A stretch of DNA of 24,565 bases, taken from positions 1-24,565 of the forward strand of contig NW_021836397.1 of the NCBI RefSeq assembly GCF_006345805.1, read 5' to 3'. The translations under genes and the position numbers were made by a program. The notes beneath the pieces were generated by a model. It was not told the origin of the DNA and made no database searches. It saw only the letters and a list, made by a program, of their open reading frames with translations. Below, one piece after another: positions 1 through 9,781 of the stretch. Each line of letters begins with the position of its first letter. Position 1 is the first letter of the stretch. This DNA is from Octopus sinensis (Eukaryota).

Positions 1-119
1 ACACACACACACAAACACACACACACAAACACAAACACAACACACACCTCGCACATACACACACACACACAACACACCCACCAAAACAAACCACAAAACA
101 CACACACACACTCGCACAT

Positions 120-150
<31 letters not shown>

Positions 151-230
151 AACACAAACACACAAACACACACACACACTCGCACATACACACACACACA
201 CACACACAAACACACACTCATACACCCGCA
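1..230. repeat. Compound (CA)n/(CAAA) microsatellite
   Basis: Continuous CA/CAAA run with the motif CTCGCACATAC recurring at 48, 111 and 179. Confidence 0.95.
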
Positions 231-419
231 TAAGTATGTTTTCTGTGCTACTGTAATTATTAACTATATAAACAGATTAGCTGCTTGTTCACTCTTGGAC
301 TGGCCAAGCTGATGGAGATGTCACTGATGAGAGTCCAATAAAATCCGAAAATCGATTACGGTTATTCATGATCTTTTCAATCTCCGGAGAAACAACTAAA
401 TTAGCACTGTTTATGAAAG

Positions 420-960
420 ATATACACACATATAAATATACCTACATACATACATGCATACATACATACATACATACATACATACATACACACGCATATA
501 TATATTATATATATATATATATTCGCACATACCTTCATTGAGCCCACAATTAAAGACGTAAATAGCAAAGGTATGCCTAAACCAATCTATCTTTTTATCT
601 ATGTCTATATTTTATAACTATCTACGCGTATAATCACATTCACACATACGCGTATACACACAGAGATAAATGCATATTCATGCATGACTACATGTATAGC
701 TGCATATTATATAGCTATATCTACACACATATATATATATATATGTGCATGTGTGTGTGTATAAGCTTTTCAAGCATCGCCTTTAGAAGAAATTATCTTT
801 ATGCATGTACGAGTGACGCCGATGTGTGCGTGTGTCTGCGTATGCTGTGTGTCCTTCAATACATGTTTGTGTATGTGTGTGGGTTTGCACGCGTGTTTGA
901 TTACGTGTGTATGTATACATGCATGCATTTATGCATGGATATTTGAGCCTATATTCATCT
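420..960. repeat. Mixed (TACA)n/(TA)n/(TG)n low-complexity tract
   Basis: (CATA)n at about 440-490, (TA)n at about 497-520 and 730-742, and degenerate TG/TA repeats. These account for ORFs 680..946 and 801..1025. Confidence 0.85.
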
Positions 961-1479
961 ATGCGCTGCTATTGTATACATTAAATATAAATATGCAGCG
1001 CCGAATAAAATCCGTCACCGTTTGAAAATAACCGAAATGAAGAAGAGAATAAAAAAACATAATGAACGAACACACAAAAAATTAAATAAAGGCTATATAT
1101 AAAAAATATAAAAAAACCCATAAAGAGATATACCAACATTTCCTAATCTAAACAAATTATTTTCCTCCATCAGAAAAATGAAAGTGTGCTTAGTATGTCG
1201 CATCATATGCGGTCGGGACATAGCGCAATAATGACAGAAATTACATTTCCTATGTAATAACAACCCCAGACTTTTTCCAGGGTGAGGCAGAGTGAGAGAG
1301 AGAGACAGAGACAGAGATAGTGTGTGAGAGATAGAGTGAAGGAGAGGGAGGAGAGAGAATATTTACTATATATGAAAGAAGAAATATATATGTAAATATA
1401 TATGAGAAGGGAATATCTATGGAAATATATGTGTAAACAAAAACAATACACGCAAACATGCACACATAATTATATATAC

Positions 1480-1481
1480 GC

Positions 1482-1530
<49 letters not shown>

Positions 1531-1677
1531 CACATATATGTGTGTGTATATGTGCATTTATAAATATTATTCATAAATACGCATATAAAAACACACAAAT
1601 ACACACACACATATATGTATGTATATATGTATGCGTATATATGTATATATATATATGTATGTGTGTGTGTGTGTGTG

Positions 1678-1708
<31 letters not shown>

Positions 1709-1794
1709 CGGTATATATAAATATTTATGTATACATACAATATATAGACAGATAGACATTTTAATAGATAAAGTTATGCATACACACACAAAAC

Positions 1795-1825
<31 letters not shown>

Positions 1826-1830
1826 CATAC
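1480..1830. repeat. (TA)n/(TG)n/(TAGA)n compound microsatellite
   Basis: Direct reading, including (TAGA)n at about 1678-1707. Confidence 0.9.
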
Positions 1831-2297
1831 ATGTGTATTTACATATAATTCCCTGTTCCATTTCTCTTCATTTTTATCTAATTCCTCCTTCCATTTTTGA
1901 TTTCTTCTTCTTCTCTTCTTCTCTTCTCTTCTATGTTTGATTTTTCTCTTCTCTTCTTCTTCTCTTCTTCTTCTTCTTCTTATTCTCTCTCTCTTCTATC
2001 TTCTTACTTCTTTCTTCTTTTCTTCTTTTCTTTGTCCTTATTTATTTTCAGTCATTCTACTTTAATCTTCTTCCTTGCAATTTCCTCATTCATTAAATAA
2101 TTTGACTTTCCTTCCTCTCACATCTTTTCCTATCACCTCCACTACCTGTCATGTCCCACCTCATAAATATCCTCCATCCTTATCACATACATGCTCACCC
2201 GCCATCACACATACACTTATAACATACACACACACACACGATTACAAACAGTAACACATATACTGAAAGTTATATATATATATATATATATATATAT

Positions 2298-2460
2298 ACG
2301 ACGGGCTTCTTTCAGTTTCCGTCTACCAGATCCACTCACAAGGCTTTGGTCGGCCCGAGGCTATAGTGAAAGACACTTGCCCAAGTTGCCACGCGGTGGG
2401 ACTGAACCTGGAACAATGTTGTTGGTATGCAAGCTACTTACCACACAGCCACTCCTGCGC
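2298..2460 (-). mobile_element. tRNA-headed SINE-like element, family B, 5' half
   Basis: The minus strand reads GCGCAGGAGTGGCTGTGTGG...GGTTCAGTCCCAC (A/B-box-like), then GGGCAAGTGTC...GGAAACTGAAAGAAGCCCGTC. It is near-identical to 22960-23121 and related to 13730-13890 and 19900-20055. It ends at the family's internal (TA)n. Confidence 0.85.
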
Positions 2461-2483
2461 GTATATACATACATACATATATG

Positions 2484-2515
<32 letters not shown>

Positions 2516-2545
2516 CCTAATAACCACACACACTATACACTCGTC

Positions 2546-2579
2546 TTCACTTCAGCTTTATTATTATTATTATTCTTAC

Positions 2580-2625
<46 letters not shown>

Positions 2626-2716
2626 TTAGTGTCATTTGCTTGAAACTTTTCGTCACACATCCTGTGACCTCTTCACCGACTCTACATACCCCGTGTGAAC
2701 TCCTGTCCTGTTTCTG
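2546..2716 (-). mobile_element. Interspersed repeat fragment with hammerhead-like core (Penelope-like terminal repeat or LTR-like), homologous to 20237-20476
   Basis: 2642-2683 matches 20318-20359 at 35/42 nt, and 2546-2566 matches CGTCCTTCACTACAGATTTATT near 20263. An (ATT)n expansion interrupts it. Confidence 0.6.
2558..2625. repeat. (ATT)n microsatellite
   Basis: Direct reading. Confidence 0.95.
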
Positions 2717-3280
2717 GCAAATATTAATTATGCTGGTGAACTTCCTTCTGGCGCATTTGACTTCGGAGTTACCCTCTATAGAATTGTTGGATCGCGACCT
2801 CGTCCGTGACTTCTTTATTAACTTTCTTTAAAGCTCTCTTAAAAGTGACCACGAACCGATCTGCCCTTCCATTCGATCTAGGGTGGTACTATAGTTTTAT
2901 GTTCTAAAGTGAACATCTCACAGAAACTTTTAAACTCACAGGTTACAAATTGCGTTCCGTTATCACAATTATACCGGTACAGTAAATCATGCGAACAGCT
3001 CGTGAAAGACGTTTATTGCCGTATATGAGGTTGGTCGTTTACACCTCGCGACCTCAAGTCATTTTGTGTAGCTGTCCACTACTATTAATATGAATATCCA
3101 TTTACCGTGCCTGCAAAATCGATATGCAATCGGGTCCATAGTATTTTAACTTCAATCCAAGTTTCACATTTTGTAGTAGGTAGCTTCGCTGCCAGCGCAC
3201 CTCCTCTGCAGCCTTTTACCAGATTTTCAACTTCCTTGACCAGTATATGAAACTTCGCACCAGCGCTTTCATTCTAAGGA
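2717..3280 (-). pseudogene. Integrase remnant
   Basis: Manual translation across frameshifts gives RMKALVRSFIYW..ENLVKGCRGGALA (zinc-binding region), WTRLHIDFAG (D at 3118-3120), DNGTQF (D at 2962-2964), SNGRADRFV (expected E replaced by D at 2859-2861), FKRALKK and TPKSNAPEGSSPA. Confidence 0.9.
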
Positions 3281-3400
3281 TGCCATCGTTATCCTTGTGT
3301 AGGGGAACGGCTCCTATCCCATACTTGCTAGCATCTGTAGCTAGTATTATGTCTAATTTTGGGTCGAAATGTCTGAAGTTAAGACATATTTTAACTCGTT
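3281..3400 (-). pseudogene. RNase H N-terminal fragment
   Basis: RHFDPKLDIILATDASKYGIGAVPLHK, with the DAS Asp at 3333-3335. The rest of the domain is absent. Confidence 0.85.
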
Positions 3401-4200
3401 AAATGCTTTCTAGTATTTCTCTGTCCAAATCCATTTGGCATTTTAAAAAATAATTCATTAAGTGGTACCCTTACCTTCTGTATATTTGGTATATATACTT
3501 GGTAATAATTTACTAAGCCTAAGAATTCTTGTAGCAGTGTCACGTTCGTCGGGGGCGGCATATTTCGTATTGCCGTCACCCTTGATGAATCCGGTCTGCG
3601 TCCACTTTCGACGATTCCTTGGCCCATTTTTCTTCAGTCAGTTTTAGTCCGTATTCACTTATTCTCTTGAATACTTTATGTGTCCGACACTTTGCACCCG
3701 AGACTCGCTCTTTATCAGAATGTCATCTAGGTATGCGATGACAAAGTCGCAATCACTTAACATCGCATACATTATCTGCTGGAATATGGCGGGTGCCACA
3801 TTTACTCCAAACGGCAATTATTTGAACTTGTACAATCCACGGTGTGTGTTGATTGTTTAGTAGATGAGTGCAATCTTCCTCTGACCGAAATTGAAGGTAC
3901 GCCTCTGAGAGGTCTAACTTCGAAAAAATTTTCTCTGTTTAGTTTATCAAAAACTTCTTCTGGGCTTAGAAGTAGGTAATTGTGTATGAGTAAACAGTCG
4001 TTTAACATGGTTGAGAAGTCTGCGAACACTCTTGGCTTTTTTTTTTATGTACACCGCTGTCGGTGCTGCCCAATCTGCATGGTCAATCTTTGCAATTATA
4101 TACAGGCTTTCCAACCTTTCTTGTTCATTATTGATCTGGTCTACCGCTGTAAACGGCACTGAAAATAGGTGTTGAATTTCCTTTGATAGCAATCCTTACT
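3401..4200 (-). pseudogene. Reverse transcriptase remnant
   Basis: WAAPTAVYIKKK, ADFSTMLNDCL, LPFGVNVAPAIFQQIM, FVIAYLDDILI (YLDD at 3722-3733) and LQEFLGLVNYY, spread over several frames. Confidence 0.93.
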
Positions 4201-4329
4201 TTTGTTTTTGTGCAACATCCGAAACCTTCCAAAAAGACTTTTCGGAAAGTTTCATTCATTTTTTGTTTCAGTCCCTTGCCCTCGTTCGATCGTCTGACTG
4301 CCCCGTTTACGTTATTGCACAAAGCATTT

Positions 4330-4630
4330 ATGGCTGTGTCCCATAAATTACATTTCTCCATACATTAGATGCCAATTAAATTCATGGATTTTCTCAACAA
4401 CTAAGCATTCACTTTTTTGGTTTGACCTTTGAACATTTCATTGCAAACGCGTTCATCCGTGAAATATATATTTCTTCCCGTAATACCATACGCTATTTTG
4501 TTTGAACTACATAATTTTGGTTTACCCATTTGTTCCTAGGTTTTCTCGTTTACGATTTTGGTATCACTTTCCATGTCTACTTGCATTCTGATGCTAGTGT
4601 TTTCAATTCTCACTTTCACAAATTTTCTGT
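4330..4630 (-). pseudogene. Aspartic protease remnant
   Basis: FVKVRIENTSIRMQVDMESDT (the D-T-G motif is degenerated to D-M-E, Asp at 4575-4577), then NLIGI*CMEKCNLWDTAINALCN. Confidence 0.8.
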
Positions 4631-4699
4631 TTCTTGTAGTCACAACTTTTCCTACTGACAAACTATTAATTTTTCTTGTTTGTTCCAATTTCCTATCAT

Positions 4700-5570
4700 T
4701 CTAGTTTTGCAGTGCGATTTGATATGTCCTGTAAACTCGCAGCGAAACACTTTGCTTTTTTATAACGGACAATATTTATTCAGCTGCATACTATCACATC
4801 CCATACAATGGTCTTCATCCCGGTATGTCTTTGCTTTTCCTGCAACACTGTGTCTTTGCACTGGTCTTATGTGGAGACACTCTTTCCGTTGAATTTCTTC
4901 CGTTTTATGCCTTAATTTTGGTATCTGCAATGCCAAATCTTGATTCATTTCCAGTTTTGATAGAATATCGGTTCGGATTTCTGCATCCCTTCTATCTTCC
5001 AATCCTTGTGCAAAAATTAAACACTTAAAAGAATCTGGAGTAACCATGTTTAGCCTAAATCTCTCACATTCCTTGTTGATTCTGCCTGTGTAAGTAGTGA
5101 AGTCTTCCCCTTCGCTCTTTTCTATGTTTAAACATTTCCATTTAGTATTAAGCAACGAGCTCTTTTCACTAAACATTTTGCACAAAATGTCAACGGTGTT
5201 GGTGAAATTTATGTCGGACGCTTTTTTGGGGACAATATGAAATTACTATATTTCTCGTGTTCTGCTGTCATTAGTTTTCTTAACACTAGACGTGTTTTCA
5301 TATCGTCCGTCCAATCCTGGCATTCTTTTAAAAAAATTTTTTGAAATCTTCGAAAATAAGTCTCGAAGGTTACTTCTTCTTAGGGGTCGTATTTGTATTC
5401 GCTTATAGAATTTGCTACACAAGCAGATGAAAATGTATTCTCCGGTTTGGTTATTAAGCATATTAGTTGTAACATCTGCCGCGGCAATCCTTGTTGTTGT
5501 TCTCGTTGTTACTCAGTTGTTGTTGTCGATACTTTTGCAACCCAACTATCCCAGTTAACAAGTCTTCCAT
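4700..5570 (-). pseudogene. Gag remnant with CCHC zinc knuckle
   Basis: Probable start MEDLL (ATG at 5570-5568), then EYKYDP*EEVTFETYFRRF, SLLNTKWKCL and FKCLIFAQGL (ORF 4760..5185). The knuckle [C]FRCEFTGHIKSHC lies at 4709-4751, with its first Cys in an adjacent frame. Confidence 0.85.
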
Positions 5571-5709
5571 ATTTCACGATTTTCGTAAATTTGCGCAAGA
5601 AGGTTTTTTCGTTTCTTTTTAGTCGAGCTATTAATTTTCTACGTGAATTAGTTTTAACTATCCGTGTGAATGTGTTTTTTTTTGTTTCGCTCCGTGTAAA
5701 TTTGTATTT

Positions 5710-5720
5710 CCTCCTCGCCA
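5710..5720 (-). promoter_or_regulatory. Primer-binding site, tRNA-Ser(GCU)-type
   Basis: The minus strand reads TGGCGAGGAGG, a 10/11 match to TGGCGACGAGG (complement of the eukaryotic tRNA-Ser(GCU) 3' end CCUCGUCGCCA). It lies 1 nt after TACAACA. Confidence 0.7.
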
Positions 5721-5721
5721 C

Positions 5722-6065
5722 TGTTGTAAGGTGGTCTTTTGCCACTGTTGTATTTGTCTTTTGACGACAGATGTCGCTCTGACCGATATTGTCGTCTTCC
5801 GAAGTCGTCGATAGGATGTTACTATCTGGCACGGTACGACTCCCAGTCGTACAGTGTTAGTATCCGTATCCTCAACAAGTTGGATCGTTATAACGTCCAC
5901 TCACCATCACAATATAATTACTATATCAGCAAAGACACGACTATCAACACAGCCTACACGTATTCTCGACCCACCGACCTCCTGTCGACCGGCTACTGGT
6001 ATATTTATAATGACTAACTACTACCACTTTTTACCGGGAGGGGTTTACAGTTTCCTTATAGAACA
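5722..6065 (-). repeat. Candidate 5' LTR of the gypsy element
   Basis: The minus strand starts TGTTCTA and ends TACAACA (6/7 inverted repeat, TG...CA). TATAAAT lies at about 6002-6008 and the PBS follows directly. No second copy is present in the window to confirm it. Confidence 0.6.
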
Positions 6066-6140
6066 GTACTAGGGTCAATGTAATCGACTTACCCCTCCCC
6101 CAAAATTCCAGGCCTTGTGCATGTAGTAGAAAGGATTAGT
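6064..6140 (+). mobile_element. SINE family A, 3' fragment
   Basis: GGTCAATGTAATCGAC...CAAAATTCCAGGCCTTGTGC...TAGAAAGGATT matches the tails at 24245-24310 and 24485-24555. Confidence 0.75.
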
Positions 6141-6546
6141 ATTGTTGTTGTTGGTGGTGGTGTTGTTTGTTCTATTTGTTGTTTTGTTGATGCCGATAGT
6201 GATGTGTTTGTTGTAATTATAATTATAATTATTTGAGATCAACTCCTTACAGAAAATGTCCCTCAAGTAGTAAACACACAAAAGTTTTGAATATGTTACT
6301 GTTGTTGTTGTTGTTGTTTGACCACATCTGACATATTTGCGGCAGTATCGCAATGTGGCCATCCATCCTTCCCTCAATCATCCTGTAGTCCACTTGTGGC
6401 CACATCGTCCATTGTTCTTATTGTTTCTAAGCCAATGTGAGGACGACTTTGATGTTATTTCTAGCAGATCTAACGATCGAATTCAGCCTTTCTATTTGTT
6501 ACTCATGTATTTATTTATGCACGCTGGTATCTGTACACGTGGGAAT

Positions 6547-6548
6547 CA

Positions 6549-6627
<79 letters not shown>

Positions 6628-6669
6628 TATCTATCTATTATCTATCTATCTATTATCTATCTATATATA

Positions 6670-6706
<37 letters not shown>

Positions 6707-6843
6707 GCTCTGTCTGTCTGTCTGTGTCTGTCTGTCTGTCTGTCTGTCTGTCCTGGCTGTCTGCTATCTATCTATCTTTCTATCTATCGATCTATCTATC
6801 TATATCTATCTATCTTCTATCTATCTATCTATTATCATATATA

Positions 6844-6880
<37 letters not shown>

Positions 6881-6963
6881 GTCTTCTATCTATCTTATCT
6901 TCTATCTATCTATCTGTCTGTCTGTCTGTCGTCTGTCTATCTGTCTGTCTGTTCTGTCGTCTG

Positions 6964-7006
<43 letters not shown>

Positions 7007-7020
7007 GTCTGTCTGTCTGT
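6547..7020. repeat. Large compound (TCTA)n/(TCTG)n tetranucleotide satellite
   Basis: About 470 bp of alternating TCTA and TCTG blocks. It accounts for ORFs 6337..7146 and 6437..7036. Confidence 0.95.
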
Positions 7021-7064
7021 CTCGCTAGCGAGCTAACTAGATACCATGACAGTAGTTATCGGTC

Positions 7065-7181
7065 TCTTTATATACATATATACACTCACACATACACTCG
7101 TATATATAATACACACACACACATCTATATATTAGTATATATGTGAGTGTGTATATACATGTGTGTATATACACATATGTG

Positions 7182-7213
<32 letters not shown>

Positions 7214-7280
7214 TAAATAAATATATATATATAGATAGATAGACAAACAGTTACAAGGCTTTGTATGTATATACATACAT

Positions 7281-7312
<32 letters not shown>

Positions 7313-7365
7313 GTACGTGTGCATGTGCAAGTGTTTGTGGTGTGTGTGTGTGTGTGTGTGTGTAA
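7065..7365. repeat. (TA)n/(CA)n/(TG)n compound microsatellite
   Basis: Direct reading. Confidence 0.85.
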
Positions 7366-7866
7366 ACTTAAGGGATATTTCGGTACAAAACAAGAAACGC
7401 CCCATTATGAATGTCGAAACTAATTTATCAGCCAGCAGAGTGGCAAGTGCGTTAGGAAAGATGGCGGATGAGTGAAATACATTGGAGAGAGACATTCCTT
7501 TCTATGACATACGACTACATACGTCGCTATTTTACCATTAAAGCTTCCATGCATACATTGTTGTGTTTCTTCGGATTTGTCACAATGCCTTAAATTTACC
7601 GGAAAATGTAAATAGGATATTGTAACAGTCAAGTTAGAGTGGATTTTTGGGAGGGTTTCTGTGTTTTGTTTTACTGTTTTTATGTATTACAGGGAACATT
7701 ATCAGGGTAAAAGAAGTGAAATCAAATAAATTCAACTGAATATCGAAACCGTGCCAGAGTTTTTCGTCATTAAGAAATTTTCTTTTTCCCTACTGAGAAA
7801 ATAAAACTGTAGAAATATATAGAGTGTAAAAAAACAGAAAAGCAAATGAGAAAAATAGATTTAAAA

Positions 7867-8272
7867 ATTCTTTTCTACTCTATGTGCAAGACCCGAAATT
7901 TTGCGGGTAGCTGCCACTCGATTAGATCGATCCCCAGTACGCAACTGGGGCTTAATTTATCGACCCCGAAAGGATGAAAGGCAAAGTCGGCCTCGGCGGA
8001 ATTTAAACTCAGAACGTAAAAACAGACGAAACACCTATTTCTATTTCTTTACTACCCACAAGGGGCTAAACACAGAGAGGACAAATAAGGACAGATAAAC
8101 GGATTAAGTCGATTATATCGACCCCGGTGTGTAACTGGTATTTACTTAATCGACTTCGAGAGGATGAAAGGTAAAGTCGACCTTGGCAGAATTTGAACTC
8201 AGAACGCGAAGACAGACGAAATACCGCTAAGCATTTTGCCTGGCGTGCTAACGTTTCTGCCAGCTCGCCGCC
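7867..8272 (-). mobile_element. SINE family A, full-length dimer with target-site duplication
   Basis: Minus-strand order: head GGCGGCGAGCTGGCAGAAACGTTAG..GAGTTCAAATT, core, linker (..GGGTAGTAAAGAAATAG), second core, tail (..TAGAGTAGAAAAGAAT). The flanks are AAATAGATTTAAAAA (7853-7867) and AAATAGATTAAAAA (8275-8288). Confidence 0.88.
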
Positions 8273-8532
8273 TTAAATAGATTAAAAAAATAGATGACAA
8301 ATAGACAGGAATGAAGGCTTGTATATGATGGAAGCGTAGTAGGAACTGTTGGGTCACAGTGTGTCATGAGTATTTTAAACTTGGTAGAGACCCACCCTCT
8401 GCAACTCCAAAGATAGCTAAGTTCTCCCGGAGAGAAAGTGAGGCTGAAAATAGAGTGAGAAAGAGAGAAAGAGAGATCGAGAGAGGAAGAGAGAGAGAGA
8501 GGATAGGAGGCAGAGGGGAAGAAGAGACGTAA

Positions 8533-9575
8533 AGAACATAAGGCAGCTGAAACTGCTCACGATATCAAAGAATCGTTTGGTGAGGAAATGACCAGTGAGT
8601 GGTCAGCACGAAAATGAGTTAAACAATTTCGCAGTTGAGATCTGAGCCTTAAAGATCATGAGCGCATTGGATGCCCATCTGTCATTAATGACGGTCAATA
8701 AAAAAGCTGTCATCAAGACAGATTCATGTAAAAAACACTCAAGAACTGGCAAAAGTTAGCAAGAAAACTGGCCGCAACCATTTGCATGCGATCGGAAAAT
8801 GAAAAAAGCTCGACAAATGGGTACCACAGGATTTGAATGAATCTCAGAAAATGTACAGATATGAAATTTGCACGTCGCTTCTTCTCTGTATCCGACTGAT
8901 GCATTTCTCGACCGTAATGAAACTTCCGATGACAAGTAGATTCTGTACAATAATACAAGTTCTTCGCAATGGTTGGACCAAAATGAAGCACCGAAACCTT
9001 CCATAAAACCCGACCTCTTACAAAACGATGGTTATGGTGACTGTTTGGTGGTGTACTGCTGGACTCATCCACTTTAACTTCTTAAAACCCGGAAAAACCA
9101 TTACTGCAGAAACATATTGCCATGAAATTGCCAAAAGGAACGAAAAACTACTTGCTTCTCCTCCTTCCCAGAATGGTCAACAGATGTGGGCCAAATATTC
9201 TTCATGACAATGCTTGACCACACGCTTCACTAATGACGCTCCAGATGTTGAGAGAACTTAACTACAAGGTTCTTCCCCATGCAGCTTATTCCCTAGACCT
9301 TTCTCCTACCGACAACCACTTTTTTAAGCACCATGATGGTTTCCGGCGAGAGAAGGTGTTCAAAAATCAAACCGATGCTGAAAGTGCGTGCAAAGAGTTC
9401 ATCAGCTCCAGAACTCCAGATTTGTATGTTACCGGAATAAACAAATTGGTAACTCATTGGCAAAAATGTGTTGATTATAATGGTACTTACTTTGATGAAT
9501 AAAACTTCCGCATTGTTGAAATATATTGTGATGAATTTCATGTTTTAAAACCTTGCTAACTTTTTACTAAGCTTG
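8533..9575 (+). mobile_element. Mariner (DD34D) transposon relic, 5'-truncated transposase pseudogene
   Basis: HKAAETAHDIKESFG, WVPQDL (8818-8835), D1 at 8928-8930 (SDDK), D2 at 9206-9208 (HDNA) and D3 at 9311-9313 (YSLDLSPTD), exactly 34 codons after D2. It ends WQKCVDYNGTYFDE* at 9502 and has several stops and frameshifts. Only a degenerate 3' TIR-like end is visible at about 9545-9575. Confidence 0.93.
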
Positions 9576-9713
9576 ATTCAATAAAATAGATTCAATAAAA
9601 CTTTTGAATTCAAAGAATCTATGATTTTCTTCCTTCCAAATCAAGGGGGGTAACGTTGGTATAAATAAATGTATTTTGGGGTAATTGGTTAAAAAAGTTC
9701 CCTGTCCCCTACA

Positions 9714-9781
9714 TGTAATCGACTAGACCCCGTTCCCCCGAAATTTCAGGCCTTGCTCCTTTAATAGAGAGGATCATTATT
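9714..9781 (+). mobile_element. SINE family A, 3' fragment
   Basis: ATGTAATCGACT...GAAATTTCAGGCCTTG...AGAGAGGATCATTATT. Confidence 0.65.

Larger units (their letters stand above)
2717..6065 (-). mobile_element. Decayed Ty3/gypsy LTR retrotransposon (Mag-like), 3'-truncated
   Basis: Domain order on the minus strand is gag-PR-RT-RH-IN (gypsy order), preceded by a PBS and a TG...CA-bounded candidate LTR. It carries many stops and frameshifts. Clade assignment is from motif resemblance only. Confidence 0.93.

Noticed and set aside
680-2831. ORFs rich in Y/I/C/V/H/T/L (e.g. 680..946, 1500..1688, 2427..2831)
   Set aside because: They are translations of TA, TG, CA and ATT microsatellites and pyrimidine tracts, with no domain content.
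5509-5832. 107-aa minus-strand ORF upstream of gag as a separate protein
   Set aside because: It spans the candidate LTR end, PBS and leader, overlaps the gag start in another frame and has no recognisable motif.
6337-7146. Longest ORF in the track (269 aa)
   Set aside because: The frame stays open because (TCTA)n/(TCTG)n lacks stops. The product is SIYL/SVCL repeats.
8533-9502. Domesticated SETMAR-like host gene
   Set aside because: The transposase has several stops and frameshifts, lacks its N-terminus, and no SET-domain exon is visible.
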